Assembly (NCBI GenBank): GCA_963810275.1
Contig: CAWENF010000019.1
Location: 64,001 to 128,000 of the forward strand
Direction of reading: 5' to 3'
Source: an uncultured archaeon
GTDB taxonomy: Archaea > Thermoproteota > Bathyarchaeia > Bathyarchaeales > Bathycorpusculaceae
DNA length: 64,000 bases
How positions within the stretch are numbered: the stretch's first letter is position 1; every line of letters begins with the position of its first letter. The notes beneath the pieces are model-generated. The model had not been told where the DNA came from and ran no database searches. It saw only the letters and a list, made by a program, of their open reading frames with translations. Positions 20,527 through 30,482 of the stretch are shown one piece after another. The position numbers and the translations under genes were made by a program.

Positions 20527-21387
20527 TTGATTGATTTGCATATTCACTCCAAAGCCTCAGATGGCAAATTCAGTACCCAAGAAATCATATCGGCGGCCAT
20601 AAACCGAAGCATCAAGGTCATGGCAATCACAGACCACGATAACATAAGCTGCCAAACCAAAGCCGCCGAAGAAGCAAAAAAAGCAAACATCAAGTACATA
20701 ACGGGCGTAGAGTTGAACGTAACTTTCTCGTACCCAAAATACAGGGAAGGCAAACCAATCTCGCTTGATTTCTTAGGCTACCAATTCGACCCCAACAATC
20801 ATGCGCTGGTTGACAAGTTGGTGTTGATGGCGAAGTATCGTATGGAGCGGGCAGAGAAGATTTTTAGTAACCTTAACGCGGAATTTGAAAAACAAAACAT
20901 ACCCGCCTTAACATCAGAGGATATGCGTAGAATTGAAGAAACTGTTGAAGGCTCTCTGGGCAGACCGCACATTGCGGATTACCTCGTCAAGAAGGGGATT
21001 GTTGCTAGTCGCCAAGAAGCATTTAACCAGTATTTAGTGAAATGCGATGTACCCAAATATCCCCTGCACCTGCCAGAAGCCTCAAGACTCGTCAAAGAAG
21101 CAGGAGGCAAACTAGTGATAGCACACCCAAACGACTCATACGGAACATCACTTTCGCCAATAACCAAGGATCTCTCCGAGCAGACGCAGATAATCAAAAG
21201 AACAATGCTTGACCACATTGATGGTATGGAATGTTTCCATCCAAGTCACAGCGCCGAATCGACAAGCCACTACGTTGCATTTGCCAAGGAGCAGGGTTTG
21301 TTGATGACGGGGGGCAGTGACTGCCACCAGAAGCCAGTTATAATGGGCTCGGTAGCAGTTCCCCACTGGGTTGCAGATCAATTCTAA
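20527..21387 (+). CDS. PHP-domain phosphoesterase (TrpH/YciV-like)
   Basis: DLHIHS.ASDG, ITDHD, GRPHIA, AHP and GGSDCH motifs. Confidence 0.92.
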   Translation: MIDLHIHSKASDGKFSTQEIISAAINRSIKVMAITDHDNISCQTKAAEEAKKANIKYITGVELNVTFSYPKYREGKPISLDFLGYQFDPNNHALVDKLVLMAKYRMERAEKIFSNLNAEFEKQNIPALTSEDMRRIEETVEGSLGRPHIADYLVKKGIVASRQEAFNQYLVKCDVPKYPLHLPEASRLVKEAGGKLVIAHPNDSYGTSLSPITKDLSEQTQIIKRTMLDHIDGMECFHPSHSAESTSHYVAFAKEQGLLMTGGSDCHQKPVIMGSVAVPHWVADQF

Positions 21388-21398
21388 AAAGTGGGAAG

Positions 21399-22409
21399 TT
21401 AGAGATTTTTTGCGTACTTGGCGGCTAGCTGCATATACGCTGAGGCTTCTTTGGTGGCGGCTACTTTTCCTTCTTGGTTAATGTTCTGGTCGTCAAGACG
21501 GAAGCTTACAACTTTGCCCCGCACGTAGGCACGGTAGCACTTGTAGAACGGCAGCAGTTTGGGTAGTTCTGTGTCTTTGGAGTATCCAATGTATTTCTCA
21601 AGGAAGTAGTCTGCTAAGTCAGAGCGGTTTTGGTAGTCAAGGTCCATGGCTAAGAATGCTACGTCGGCAGCTACGTCGCTGTAGCGGAAGCGGTCGTTGA
21701 ATTCGATGGCGTCGAATATGCAGATTTTATCCGTGACAAAGATGTTGCCGCTGTGGAGGTCGCCGTGGCAATCTCGGATGCGTTTGCCTTCAAGTCGGCT
21801 CTGGAAAAGAGCCGCGTTGTCGGCTATGAAGCTGTTGATTTTTGTCTGTATTAAATCAAAATCGTCTTGGGTGACGGTTTGACCAATGTACTTTTGGGTT
21901 TGGGCAAAGTTTTCGTCCCAGTTGAATTTGACGGTGTTTATGCCGCCGATTTCAGATATCTGCTCGTTGGTCAATGCCTCAGAGTGGAATTTGGCGACGG
22001 TTTTGGCTAATTCGTCGATGGTTTCTCTGCTGATTTTGCCTTCCCACAGCAGATATGTCATGATGCATTCTTGTGGCAGCCGATTCATTTTGAGGGCGTA
22101 CTCCACGGGTTCGCCGTCTCCGCCGAGCTTTAGTCCCCCGGCTTGGTTGGTTATAGGGACCACGGATAGGTAAATTTCGGGGCAGAGCCGCCTGTTCAGC
22201 GCCAACTCCTTCTCGCAGTACATCTTGCGTTTTTCCAGCGTTGAGAAATCAAGAAATCCAAAGTTAACGGGTTTTTTGATTTTGTAAACGTAGTTGTCGA
22301 TTAAGAACACAAATGAGATGTGAGTTTGGATCAACTCGATTTTGTCTGTGGGTTGAGGGTAGGTTTCAGGTTTAGACATGGCTTCGACTATGGGGTTGTT
22401 TGACTGCAT
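21399..22409 (-). CDS. Aminoglycoside-phosphotransferase-like kinase (N-terminal half of APH-AAA_33 bifunctional family)
   Basis: IQTHIS.VF, YKIKKPV.FGFLDFSTL, DCHGDLH and DAIEFN motifs; likely start MQSNNP at 22409. Confidence 0.85.
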   Translation of the reverse strand: MQSNNPIVEAMSKPETYPQPTDKIELIQTHISFVFLIDNYVYKIKKPVNFGFLDFSTLEKRKMYCEKELALNRRLCPEIYLSVVPITNQAGGLKLGGDGEPVEYALKMNRLPQECIMTYLLWEGKISRETIDELAKTVAKFHSEALTNEQISEIGGINTVKFNWDENFAQTQKYIGQTVTQDDFDLIQTKINSFIADNAALFQSRLEGKRIRDCHGDLHSGNIFVTDKICIFDAIEFNDRFRYSDVAADVAFLAMDLDYQNRSDLADYFLEKYIGYSKDTELPKLLPFYKCYRAYVRGKVVSFRLDDQNINQEGKVAATKEASAYMQLAAKYAKNL

Positions 22410-22632
22410 TCTCTGTTTGCCTCTACGGTAGTCTTTTGTTGTGCAAACCAATAAAGTTAGGGGTACCAAGCCGCCGATGAGGAAGGGTTTGGTTAACTGT
22501 ATATTTAACTTTGAAGGTGTTTTGTTGATTGCGATGCAAACGGAAGAGCACAACGACTTAAAAAGAAGCATTAATGAAACGTGGTTACAGCGGCATCTTG
22601 GCTTATAAAATATTTACCCATTATCTTAATAC

Positions 22633-23250
22633 TTACTTGAAACTTTTAACGTAAGCTAACACATTGTCTGCCTGCTCTTTTGAGATGCGTTTGTTTTGTT
22701 GTAGCGAAGCGACTACGTCGGTGATTTTTGATAGGGCATGCACTTGGTAGTCTTGTTTTTCTAGGTTTTCTTTGCCGCCGTGTTCACGGTTCACGACAAC
22801 AAGCATGTGGTGAACAGTTGCGCCTAATTCTTGAAGCGGTTTTACGCCTTCAATTTTGCTGAGTCCCTCGCTGACAACGTCGTCAAAGAACAGTATATTG
22901 TCGCCCTCTGCCACGTCTACACCAGCGGTTCTACCTGTGATGCCGTAGGCTTTAGCTTCCTTGCGCACTATGACGCAGGGCAAATCCAGTTTTATAGCGA
23001 TGCTAGGTGCAATTAGGGCGCCTTTGAGTTCGATGCTGGCAAGTTTGTTTATGGGGTCATAGGCTGATATTTCCCGGATTTTTAGGGCTGCAACTTCTGC
23101 GATGATGTCGAGTTGTTTGGGCGCTGCTAGCACGCGAGCTAAGTCGATGTAGTAGGGGCTGACTGCGCCTGATTTGATTTTGAAGCTGCCAAACCGGAGG
23201 CATCCAGAAAGATATAGGGCGTCTGCGATTTTGTCGGTTGTTGTGGACAT
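22633..23250 (-). CDS. pyrE: Orotate phosphoribosyltransferase
   Basis: FGSFKIKSG..SPYYID, RKEAK.YG and PRPP loop FDDVVSEG. Confidence 0.9.
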   Translation of the reverse strand: MSTTTDKIADALYLSGCLRFGSFKIKSGAVSPYYIDLARVLAAPKQLDIIAEVAALKIREISAYDPINKLASIELKGALIAPSIAIKLDLPCVIVRKEAKAYGITGRTAGVDVAEGDNILFFDDVVSEGLSKIEGVKPLQELGATVHHMLVVVNREHGGKENLEKQDYQVHALSKITDVVASLQQNKRISKEQADNVLAYVKSFK

Positions 23251-23543
23251 GTGGTTTCCCCATTTTGAATTGACGACTGCAAATTTAACCCTTTAGCAGG
23301 CTTGTCAGGATAATAGGGGGCTTAACATGACGCCACACCACACGGCGCTTATTCAACATAGGTTCTATGGTGGCATGTGCAAGAAAACGGCGTTGCCACA
23401 TGCGTCAGACAAACAAAAACAGCCCGAACCCAAAAGCAACCGTCTTAAGCGCCTATCTTGTGGTGCCCCAAAAAACCAAAACTCACATAAAGAGAGAAAA
23501 CATTTTTAACAAAAAGAGAAAACGGAGTCCCAAGCAACCGCCA

Positions 23544-24512
23544 CTAAACAACCAAATCAGCCATGTCTACACTACGCTCATAAATCTGCCGCAGAAAAGA
23601 CACCGTAGACAAAACCTCAGGCAACAGATCCACAGATGATTCCTTCGCCGCCACTTCAATACGCTGGCAGTTATCATCAATCGTTAATCTCATGCCACGC
23701 ACACCTTCTGCCTGCGAGATATCTCTGCTCAAAAACGATTTAAACGCTTGCTCGTTAGCGTCACAGCAGCTAACCTGCAACTCAAGCAGCAATTTACGCA
23801 AGTTCTCAGGAAGCTTATTTGACAACGTCAAAGTGTCAGATGCAATTTGCACGCAGGCATCCCCAATACCTTCTATGAAGCCTGCAGCCAAACGGTAGTC
23901 AAGACACTCAATTGGAGTGATTGCGAATTTTTCGCCAAGCCGCGGATTTTGCAGAATGGTCCTTAGGATTCTAACAAGCAGGAAATAGAATTTATTGTTC
24001 TCTACATCACGCTCAATAACGTTCTTTGCCACGTCAATATCCAAGTTAACAAAAGAGCTAGCCGCATCTCGAATCATACGAGCTGCGCTGGCGTGGTTGC
24101 GTTGCAGAATTTTGCCTGGTGAAGTGAAGGGTTGCTGCATAAGACACTGAAGCGTCATCATCGACGTTGTTTCCTCAACAATCATCAAGCCTGCCAGCAA
24201 GTTAACCGTGGATTTTACCTGGTTGCGAACGTTAGAGTCGATGCGGTCTTTAGCTTCGACGCGGATGATATCGTATCCAAGTAGGTAACGCCCGATGATT
24301 TCGCGGCTCAAGAAAGGTCCGATTTTCAGTGCGGATTCTTTAGGTTGGGGCTCAACGTCAAATTGAGTATCTATGAAAAGTTTACCATCACCTGTTACTT
24401 CCAAGTTGACTTGAGACCCTTTCTGAAGACCGTGTTCTTTAGCCCAATCTCTAGGCAGGCAAACAAAAAAAGTACCTGTGGGAGTCTGCTGGACTTTGCG
24501 AATATCACTCAT
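23544..24512 (-). CDS. phoU: Phosphate uptake regulator PhoU with AbrB N-terminus
   Basis: RKVQQT..GT..V.LPRDWA, YLLGYD and two PhoU repeats; start MSDIRK. Confidence 0.85.
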   Translation of the reverse strand: MSDIRKVQQTPTGTFFVCLPRDWAKEHGLQKGSQVNLEVTGDGKLFIDTQFDVEPQPKESALKIGPFLSREIIGRYLLGYDIIRVEAKDRIDSNVRNQVKSTVNLLAGLMIVEETTSMMTLQCLMQQPFTSPGKILQRNHASAARMIRDAASSFVNLDIDVAKNVIERDVENNKFYFLLVRILRTILQNPRLGEKFAITPIECLDYRLAAGFIEGIGDACVQIASDTLTLSNKLPENLRKLLLELQVSCCDANEQAFKSFLSRDISQAEGVRGMRLTIDDNCQRIEVAAKESSVDLLPEVLSTVSFLRQIYERSVDMADLVV

Positions 24513-24723
24513 AGGGTTGCACCTTGATATAACGTATCTAAACATTTGTGTGCATATATAAATTGCTTAATGCTTAATCGTTAGAAAATAAAAAAATAAA
24601 TCAGAAACATCTTTTTACAGCTATCTGATTACTGGCGCAATTAAGGTAGCGAACAAAAAACAGTAAATAACTCATACACAATACTGCCTAACCATTAAAG
24701 TAACTTGATTATGGGCAGAGCGG

Positions 24724-26352
24724 ATGAGTTCACAAGAGAAACTTAAAGCGGCAATTGAAGCAACAATAACGGCAGGTTACCAGCTAAACAGCGAAGCCTT
24801 TGAGTTCCTAATTCAAAACGCCGAAACCAGCGACCCCTTAGCAGTTATGAATTTGGCGCTAGAAAAAATTTCTGGAATTGCCGATAAGCCGATGTTTATT
24901 GAAAAAGAATTTCTTGAAGCAATTATGCAGCAAGCCACCTTAGGATCCACCCAGGTAGTGGTCGAGCAATCCAGACCAGAGGCGCCAGCCTCACTAATGG
25001 AGGAATCCATACCCACTTCTGAGGAAACAGAGCCAAGTTACCAGCGAAAAATAGAAGATCTACAGGCGAGCGAGGTGGAAAACTCTTTTTTCCCCTACGC
25101 CAAAGACATCCCTTCAGAACTAAAAATAATCGACGACTGCACAGGCAAACTAACCTCAAACGGCAGTCTCGAAGAATACGCAGGCTTATTCCAAGACCGC
25201 TTCAAACGCGTCGAAAAAATACTACGCCAAAGAATGGATGTAAAAGCCGCCACGCCACTAACTGAAGCGCTTAAATCGCAGCCTAAAACCAAACTAAAAG
25301 TCATCTGCATGCTAACTGATAGACGGGACTCAAAAAATAACACAATGCTCTCAGTGGAGGACTTGGGAGGCAGTGCAACCATACTGGTTCCACAGAAAGC
25401 ACCTGAAGAAGTGAAAAAGAAGGTTCTTACCCTTTTACCTGATACGGTGTTCTGCGCTGCCGTAGTCAAAACACGCACTAACCTGCTTATGGCTGAAGAT
25501 ATAATTCTGCCCGAAGTAGGACGAAAAATAGTTCAGAAAGCACAGGAACCCATTTACGCCGTGTTAACCTCAGACATTCATGTTGGCAGCACAAAATTTA
25601 CCAAACAAGCGTTCAGAAACTTTATCCTCTGGCTACGCGGCAAATGGGGACAGCCATGGATGCGAGAAATCGCTGGCAGAGTAAAATATCTACTCATAGC
25701 AGGGGACATCGTGGACGGAGTAGGCATCTATCCCGACCAGCAAAAAGAGCTAACCATTCGCGACGTCACCAAACAATACAATTTTGCAATAAAGTATTTA
25801 GAAAAAGTTCCAGACTACATTGAAATCGTTCTTTCCCCAGGCAATCACGATGCCGCACGTAAATCTCAGCCTCAGCCAGCGATCCCCGAAAGCTATCTTG
25901 CCGCAATAAAAGGCAAAAAAAACATTTACTCTGTTGGCAGCCCATGCTACCTCAGCTTGCATGGCATAGAAGTATTGATTTACCATGGTGTAAGTCTAAA
26001 CGACATCATTGGCGTGGTGCCAGGCATGGATAGTAACTTCCCGCAGAAACCAATGAGTTTGCTTATGCAATGTCGACATTTAGCGCCAATGTATGGAGGC
26101 AAAACAATGCTTTCACCAGAAAACCGCGATTATTTGGTTATAGACAGAGTTCCTGACATTTTCCATTCAGGACACATTCACATTTTAGGCTACTGTAAGT
26201 ATCGCGGCGTGCTTGTGGTAAACAGTGGGGGCTGGCAAGATCAAACTGAGTACATGGAAAAAATAGGGTTGATGCCTACACCCGGTAAAGTGCCAGTCGT
26301 TAATTTGCAGACCATGGAAATTCGAGTGCTGGATTTCATGAAGGAACATTAA
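24724..26352 (+). CDS. polB: DNA polymerase D small subunit DP1
   Basis: SDIHVGS, AGDIVDG, PGNHD, HG, HLAP and GHIH phosphoesterase motifs. Confidence 0.95.
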   Translation: MSSQEKLKAAIEATITAGYQLNSEAFEFLIQNAETSDPLAVMNLALEKISGIADKPMFIEKEFLEAIMQQATLGSTQVVVEQSRPEAPASLMEESIPTSEETEPSYQRKIEDLQASEVENSFFPYAKDIPSELKIIDDCTGKLTSNGSLEEYAGLFQDRFKRVEKILRQRMDVKAATPLTEALKSQPKTKLKVICMLTDRRDSKNNTMLSVEDLGGSATILVPQKAPEEVKKKVLTLLPDTVFCAAVVKTRTNLLMAEDIILPEVGRKIVQKAQEPIYAVLTSDIHVGSTKFTKQAFRNFILWLRGKWGQPWMREIAGRVKYLLIAGDIVDGVGIYPDQQKELTIRDVTKQYNFAIKYLEKVPDYIEIVLSPGNHDAARKSQPQPAIPESYLAAIKGKKNIYSVGSPCYLSLHGIEVLIYHGVSLNDIIGVVPGMDSNFPQKPMSLLMQCRHLAPMYGGKTMLSPENRDYLVIDRVPDIFHSGHIHILGYCKYRGVLVVNSGGWQDQTEYMEKIGLMPTPGKVPVVNLQTMEIRVLDFMKEH

Positions 26353-27581
26353 GAATCTGTTTTACGCGTACCTTTAGGTGTATATGCCAGTAAGGGGGCG
26401 AAGCGTGCGTCTTCACTAAACACATCTTTTATGAGGCTGCGGCTGATTTCAAGGCGGATTTTTTTAGTTCTACCATACCTGCCCATGCTTACCACTTTGG
26501 CATTAACCAGTCCCATGGAATCCAACTCGTTAACTAACGTACCCAGTCTGCGTTGTGTAAGAAGTCCCGAGCCTGTTTCGCCACATAGTTCATTATAAAT
26601 GTCATAGATTTCGCCTGTAGTAGCGCTGGACTTGTTTAGATGATAAACACTTAATAGCACAAGTTTTGACTGGAGGGTCAAGTTTTTGAGGGCGTCAATG
26701 ACACGGTTGTGCTCTATGTGTTTTTCAGCTTGACGTACATGCTCTTCAGAGACCACTTTTAGTCCTTGGCGTTCGGCGACTTCACCTGCAACACGAAGCA
26801 AATCCAAGGCGCGACGTGCGTCTCCATGTTCAGCTGCGGCTAGTGCAGAAGATATGCTTAAAGCCGAGTCGGAGAGTGCACCTTCTTGAAAGGCTATTTT
26901 AGAACGTTCAAAGAGGATGTTTCTTAACTCGCCTGCATCATAAGGGCGGAAAACTAACTCTTCTTCACTCAGTGAACTAAACACACGGGGGTCGAGAAAT
27001 TCTTTGAGGCGCAGGTCATTTGAGATACCTATTATTGAGACTTTGCTTTTATGTAGGGTTTCGTTGATGCGGGTGAGTTCGTACATGAAGGAGTCGCCGC
27101 GGTCTTTGATTAAGGCATCTACCTCATCAAGCACTATTATGAAAATTATGTGTGATTGGTCCAGTCCACTTCGGAACCTGTCAATTACTTCACCTACAGA
27201 GAGGCCTGTAAATGGTATAGATAAACCTACACTTTGACTTAGACTGGCAAATACGCGGTACTCAGAGCCGGTCATGCGGCAGTTTATGTAGCAGAATTTT
27301 ATTTTGGCTCCATACTCTTTTGCTTTGGATTCAAGATGACTTAGAACATATTTTGTGACCGCGGTTTTTCCTGTGCCAGTTTTGCCGTATATGAATATAT
27401 TTGAGCATCGTGCGTCGCGAAGCACTGGCGCAACTGTGGAGCCCAAGAGCCTTATTTGGTCTTCTCTGTGAGGTAACTTTTCAGGTAGATAATCGTGTCT
27501 TAGAACTTCACGGTCTTTGAAGACTTTGGCGCCTTTAACAAATTTGTCGAATACGTCATCTAGTACATTTGAGTTACCCAT
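26349..27581 (-). CDS. cdc6: Orc1/Cdc6 replication initiator
   Basis: GKTGTGKT, LDEVD, GDARRALDLL and wHTH S.GRYGRT. Confidence 0.97.
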   Translation of the reverse strand: MGNSNVLDDVFDKFVKGAKVFKDREVLRHDYLPEKLPHREDQIRLLGSTVAPVLRDARCSNIFIYGKTGTGKTAVTKYVLSHLESKAKEYGAKIKFCYINCRMTGSEYRVFASLSQSVGLSIPFTGLSVGEVIDRFRSGLDQSHIIFIIVLDEVDALIKDRGDSFMYELTRINETLHKSKVSIIGISNDLRLKEFLDPRVFSSLSEEELVFRPYDAGELRNILFERSKIAFQEGALSDSALSISSALAAAEHGDARRALDLLRVAGEVAERQGLKVVSEEHVRQAEKHIEHNRVIDALKNLTLQSKLVLLSVYHLNKSSATTGEIYDIYNELCGETGSGLLTQRRLGTLVNELDSMGLVNAKVVSMGRYGRTKKIRLEISRSLIKDVFSEDARFAPLLAYTPKGTRKTDS

Positions 27582-27610
27582 TATCCCGCTTCCATTTTTT
27601 TCAGAGGTAC

Positions 27611-28189
27611 AACCGTTATTTCTACTGGAACAGATAAAGGCTGTAGTACAAAAAACTTGTTAAAAACAACAATATTTCTTAAAGAAGATGAAAATAACAA
27701 GCAACAACAAAGCGATGCACACACCCCAAGGTTTCGACTGGAAAAATCAGGTTAAATTAAATAAAATCCTATTATTACTCTATACAAAAACTATACTCTT
27801 TATAATAAATTAATTTTTTATATATTAATAATATCTATCCAAAAAATTAAACTGAATCACTGCAAAGTTTTTTTCTGACTTTCCTGAACTCTTTTTTGTC
27901 GCAAAATCCTCCAAAGGAAACATAGGGGTGTGCCTGTGCCATAAAAACCATTGAAAAAAGGGCTAAACTGTCCATGAACTTACTTGAACAACTAAACTAC
28001 TTATCCCTCTTTGTGTAAAACATCTTGAAGCCACTTACCTTGAATTTTTTGCACTGCTTCACATTCACAAAGTTGTGAATACATGTGAAATACCAAAAAA
28101 TCTGACAGCTTAAAACGGCTCTTTTCCTCCGAATTACTATTATTCTGTCACTTAACTGTGAATAAGCCACCCCTACGTTTCTACTGGAA
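27611..28189. other. Replication origin oriC: four ORB elements plus AT-rich DUE
   Basis: ORBs at 27611-27630(-) TTCCAGTAGAAATAACGGTT, 27721-27743(-) TTCCAGTCGAAACCTTGGGGTGT, 27910-27932(+) TCCAAAGGAAACATAGGGGTGTG and 28168-28189(-) TTCCAGTAGAAACGTAGGGGTG. AT-rich tract ~27750-27850 lies between oppositely oriented ORBs, directly upstream of cdc6. Confidence 0.93.
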
Positions 28190-28385
28190 AATCAAAACAG
28201 ACGCACAGCAATTGAGCTTTTTCCATTTCCTAAATTTGTGAAGCTTGTAAAACCAAAAAATGGTTAAATTATGGTTAAAAAGCATAAATAACAATGAAAT
28301 AAGCTTTTTACATTACCTTATTTCACCATCACAGTTATATCCTGTGAAACACAGAGTTTGTGAACAACCTATAGGTGAACGTATA

Positions 28386-28814
28386 GTGCCGGCCCGCAAA
28401 ATGCGCGTGGAGCTCTTCGACAGCGATGGCAATCGATATACCATTGCGTTTGAGGGTCAAGTGACCCGTGATAAAGCTCTGCGGCTGCTTGATCTTGTTG
28501 AGCTTTTAGGCGGCACTCAAGGCGAAGTACCTACGGCAAGCGCTCCAGCAATGCAGAATCGTTCGCTGTCGCGTTTTGAAAAAGTCCAGTTAATTATTCA
28601 GAAAAATTTCCCACTAATCTGGTTTAATTCGAAAGACATCCAATCTCTGTATGAACAGGAGCTAAAAGAACCCGTTAGCTTAAGCACAATTTCCACTTAC
28701 CTTTCCAGAATGGCCACTAAGGGGCTTTTGATGCGAACTGGGACATCAAACAATCTGAAATATAAAACTGCACCAAATATTCCAGTTGCCACCCTTAAAC
28801 AGCGAATAAAGTAG
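28386..28814 (+). CDS. Origin-adjacent protein with C-terminal winged helix
   Basis: GTG start after GGTGA; MPARKMRVELFDSDGNRYTIAFEG N-domain, linker, then F.SKDI...Y....LSTISTYLSRM..KG wHTH. Confidence 0.82.
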   Translation: MPARKMRVELFDSDGNRYTIAFEGQVTRDKALRLLDLVELLGGTQGEVPTASAPAMQNRSLSRFEKVQLIIQKNFPLIWFNSKDIQSLYEQELKEPVSLSTISTYLSRMATKGLLMRTGTSNNLKYKTAPNIPVATLKQRIK

Positions 28815-28889
28815 TTCACAACACTTCAAATTTACTTCACAACTGTTCACATCAAGCCTGTTTTTGTGAAACCAAAAAAAAAGCTGAAA

Positions 28890-29690
28890 CTACTGGGAAG
28901 CCGCCGAGTTTTCAACCCGTTGCAGCAGTGCTTCCATCTCCTTCTTGATGCTATAACGGAAAGGAATCTTGCCGGCTTCCCTTTCCAAATATCCTTCCTC
29001 ATAAAGCTTCTTCATAAGCCGCGCCGTGTGCTCGCGACTAAGCTGTACCCTCTCCTTAATCTCTGGTGCAGTCTTTGAGCCCTCTTTTGAGAGCATCTCC
29101 AATACAACAATCTCCGTCTCCGTCAAAGCGGCTAGTGCTTTATCCCTCTTAATGGGTATAGGCGGCAACGCCATCTCCACCGGTGCAGTCTGCACCTGAA
29201 TCTGCGGCGGGGTCGCGGCTATCTTCTCAATTTTCTCCTCATATTCCGAGATTTTGAATTTGAGAGTTTCCTGAATAACTTCAATTTCTTTGAGTTTAGC
29301 CTCTAATCCCGTTAAGCCAGAAAGCACTGTGGCGTTGTTTTGCGTGTTTTCTACTAGCTTCTCTGTGACGGTCTGTGCCATGTCTTGGTAGGATATGTTT
29401 AGGCTGCTGATTTGGCTGGTTAGGGGTTCTAATTGTTTTTCTATGGATTCATATTTTCGGTAACTCAATTCCGAGGTCGTGAAGGCGCCGTCAACTTTAG
29501 ATGTCATAGAATCAAACTTTGCTGATTCTCGTTTAAGTTCACGGTCAAAACTCAGCACAATATCTTGGATGAAATCTCTAGCTTTGACATATTCTTGGTG
29601 AGCGAGGCGTATTTGCTTGTAGTATTGGTAGGCTGAAACTGCGGTTACAGCTAATAAAATGCTTAAGATTACTGGTGTGAGGTCAACCGT
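28890..29690 (-). CDS. Membrane-anchored coiled-coil protein with C-terminal wHTH
   Basis: Frame open to ~29720, adding TM VDLTPVILSILLAVTAVSAYQYY; long coiled coil; LTETEIVVLEML...TAPEIK...LSREHTARLMKKLYEEGYLER wHTH; putative ACG start. Confidence 0.8.
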   Translation of the reverse strand, partial: TVDLTPVILSILLAVTAVSAYQYYKQIRLAHQEYVKARDFIQDIVLSFDRELKRESAKFDSMTSKVDGAFTTSELSYRKYESIEKQLEPLTSQISSLNISYQDMAQTVTEKLVENTQNNATVLSGLTGLEAKLKEIEVIQETLKFKISEYEEKIEKIAATPPQIQVQTAPVEMALPPIPIKRDKALAALTETEIVVLEMLSKEGSKTAPEIKERVQLSREHTARLMKKLYEEGYLEREAGKIPFRYSIKKEMEALLQRVENSAASQ

Positions 29691-29845
29691 GATGTTCTCC
29701 CCCTGTGATTTTGCCGTGATTTAACCGTGATAACCATGTGATTCGCCGTGATTTCAACAGTTGCATCACACATCACATTATTTTCCATGAAAATATAAGG
29801 TTATCGGTCACTTAATCCAGTAATAACATGACATCACACATCACA
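29689..29845. repeat. Phased GTGAT direct-repeat array plus inverted ATCAC copies
   Basis: GTGAT at 29689, 29705, 29716, 29727, 29738 and 29748; CATCACACATCAC twice (~29764, ~29832). Confidence 0.85.
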
Positions 29846-30002
29846 ATACTTTAACGTTTTATAAGTAGCCTAATATTAATGCTTACAGAAAGCTTGAATT
29901 AGCCTCATTTTGACTTTTAGAGCCTTTAAAAAGACGTAATTTTAGACATAATTTTCATCATAAAAAGAGGAAAAAAAGGATAGAAACCTGTGATTTGTGA
30001 CG

Positions 30003-30482
30003 TCACAAATCCTCTTTTGAGGGGCTAGAAAGCCGTTTTAGGCTTGTTTCGAGCTCATTTCGGATGATTTCTATGACTTTTATATGATCTTTTAGTTCCT
30101 CTTCCTTGCTAGGTACATCCTGGTGAGCCTCCACATATTCGTGCAGTTTATTGGCTATTTCGAGATACGGGTCAAGAGTTGTGGTCTCAAAAACCCCCAA
30201 ATAACCTAGAAGTAGCACTGTATAGATGGATTTAATGACGTTTTCACGGGACTGTTTTAAAGTCCTATTAAAGCTTCCGCGGCTTATTTTAGCCTTAGTT
30301 AGTCGTAAGGCTGCTTTTTCATCGTAATTTAGCTGTTTCCCTGATAAATTCTCCGATAAAACGTCAATAAGGAGTGTTTCTAACTGGGTTTTTGTTAGTT
30401 GGCTATTTTTAGCCAGTATTTGAACAATGGGGTCGTTTAATGCCCCGTTTAACCATGCTGTTACGCCGTCTCTTAGCTTCAA
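30003..30482 (-). CDS. Conserved archaeal HTH (Tfx-like) protein
   Basis: LTKTQLE...ISRGSFNRTLKQSRENVIKSIYTVLL resembles the Tfx/sigma-region-4 HTH; GGAGG SD upstream. Confidence 0.7.
   Translation of the reverse strand: MKLRDGVTAWLNGALNDPIVQILAKNSQLTKTQLETLLIDVLSENLSGKQLNYDEKAALRLTKAKISRGSFNRTLKQSRENVIKSIYTVLLLGYLGVFETTTLDPYLEIANKLHEYVEAHQDVPSKEEELKDHIKVIEIIRNELETSLKRLSSPSKEDL

Noticed and set aside
28260-28385. N-terminal extensions in the ORF track (also nadE, pus10, ksgA, APH kinase, MFS, rpl3)
   Set aside because: The extensions overlap neighbouring genes or promoters, and downstream starts fit family N-termini and SD motifs better.
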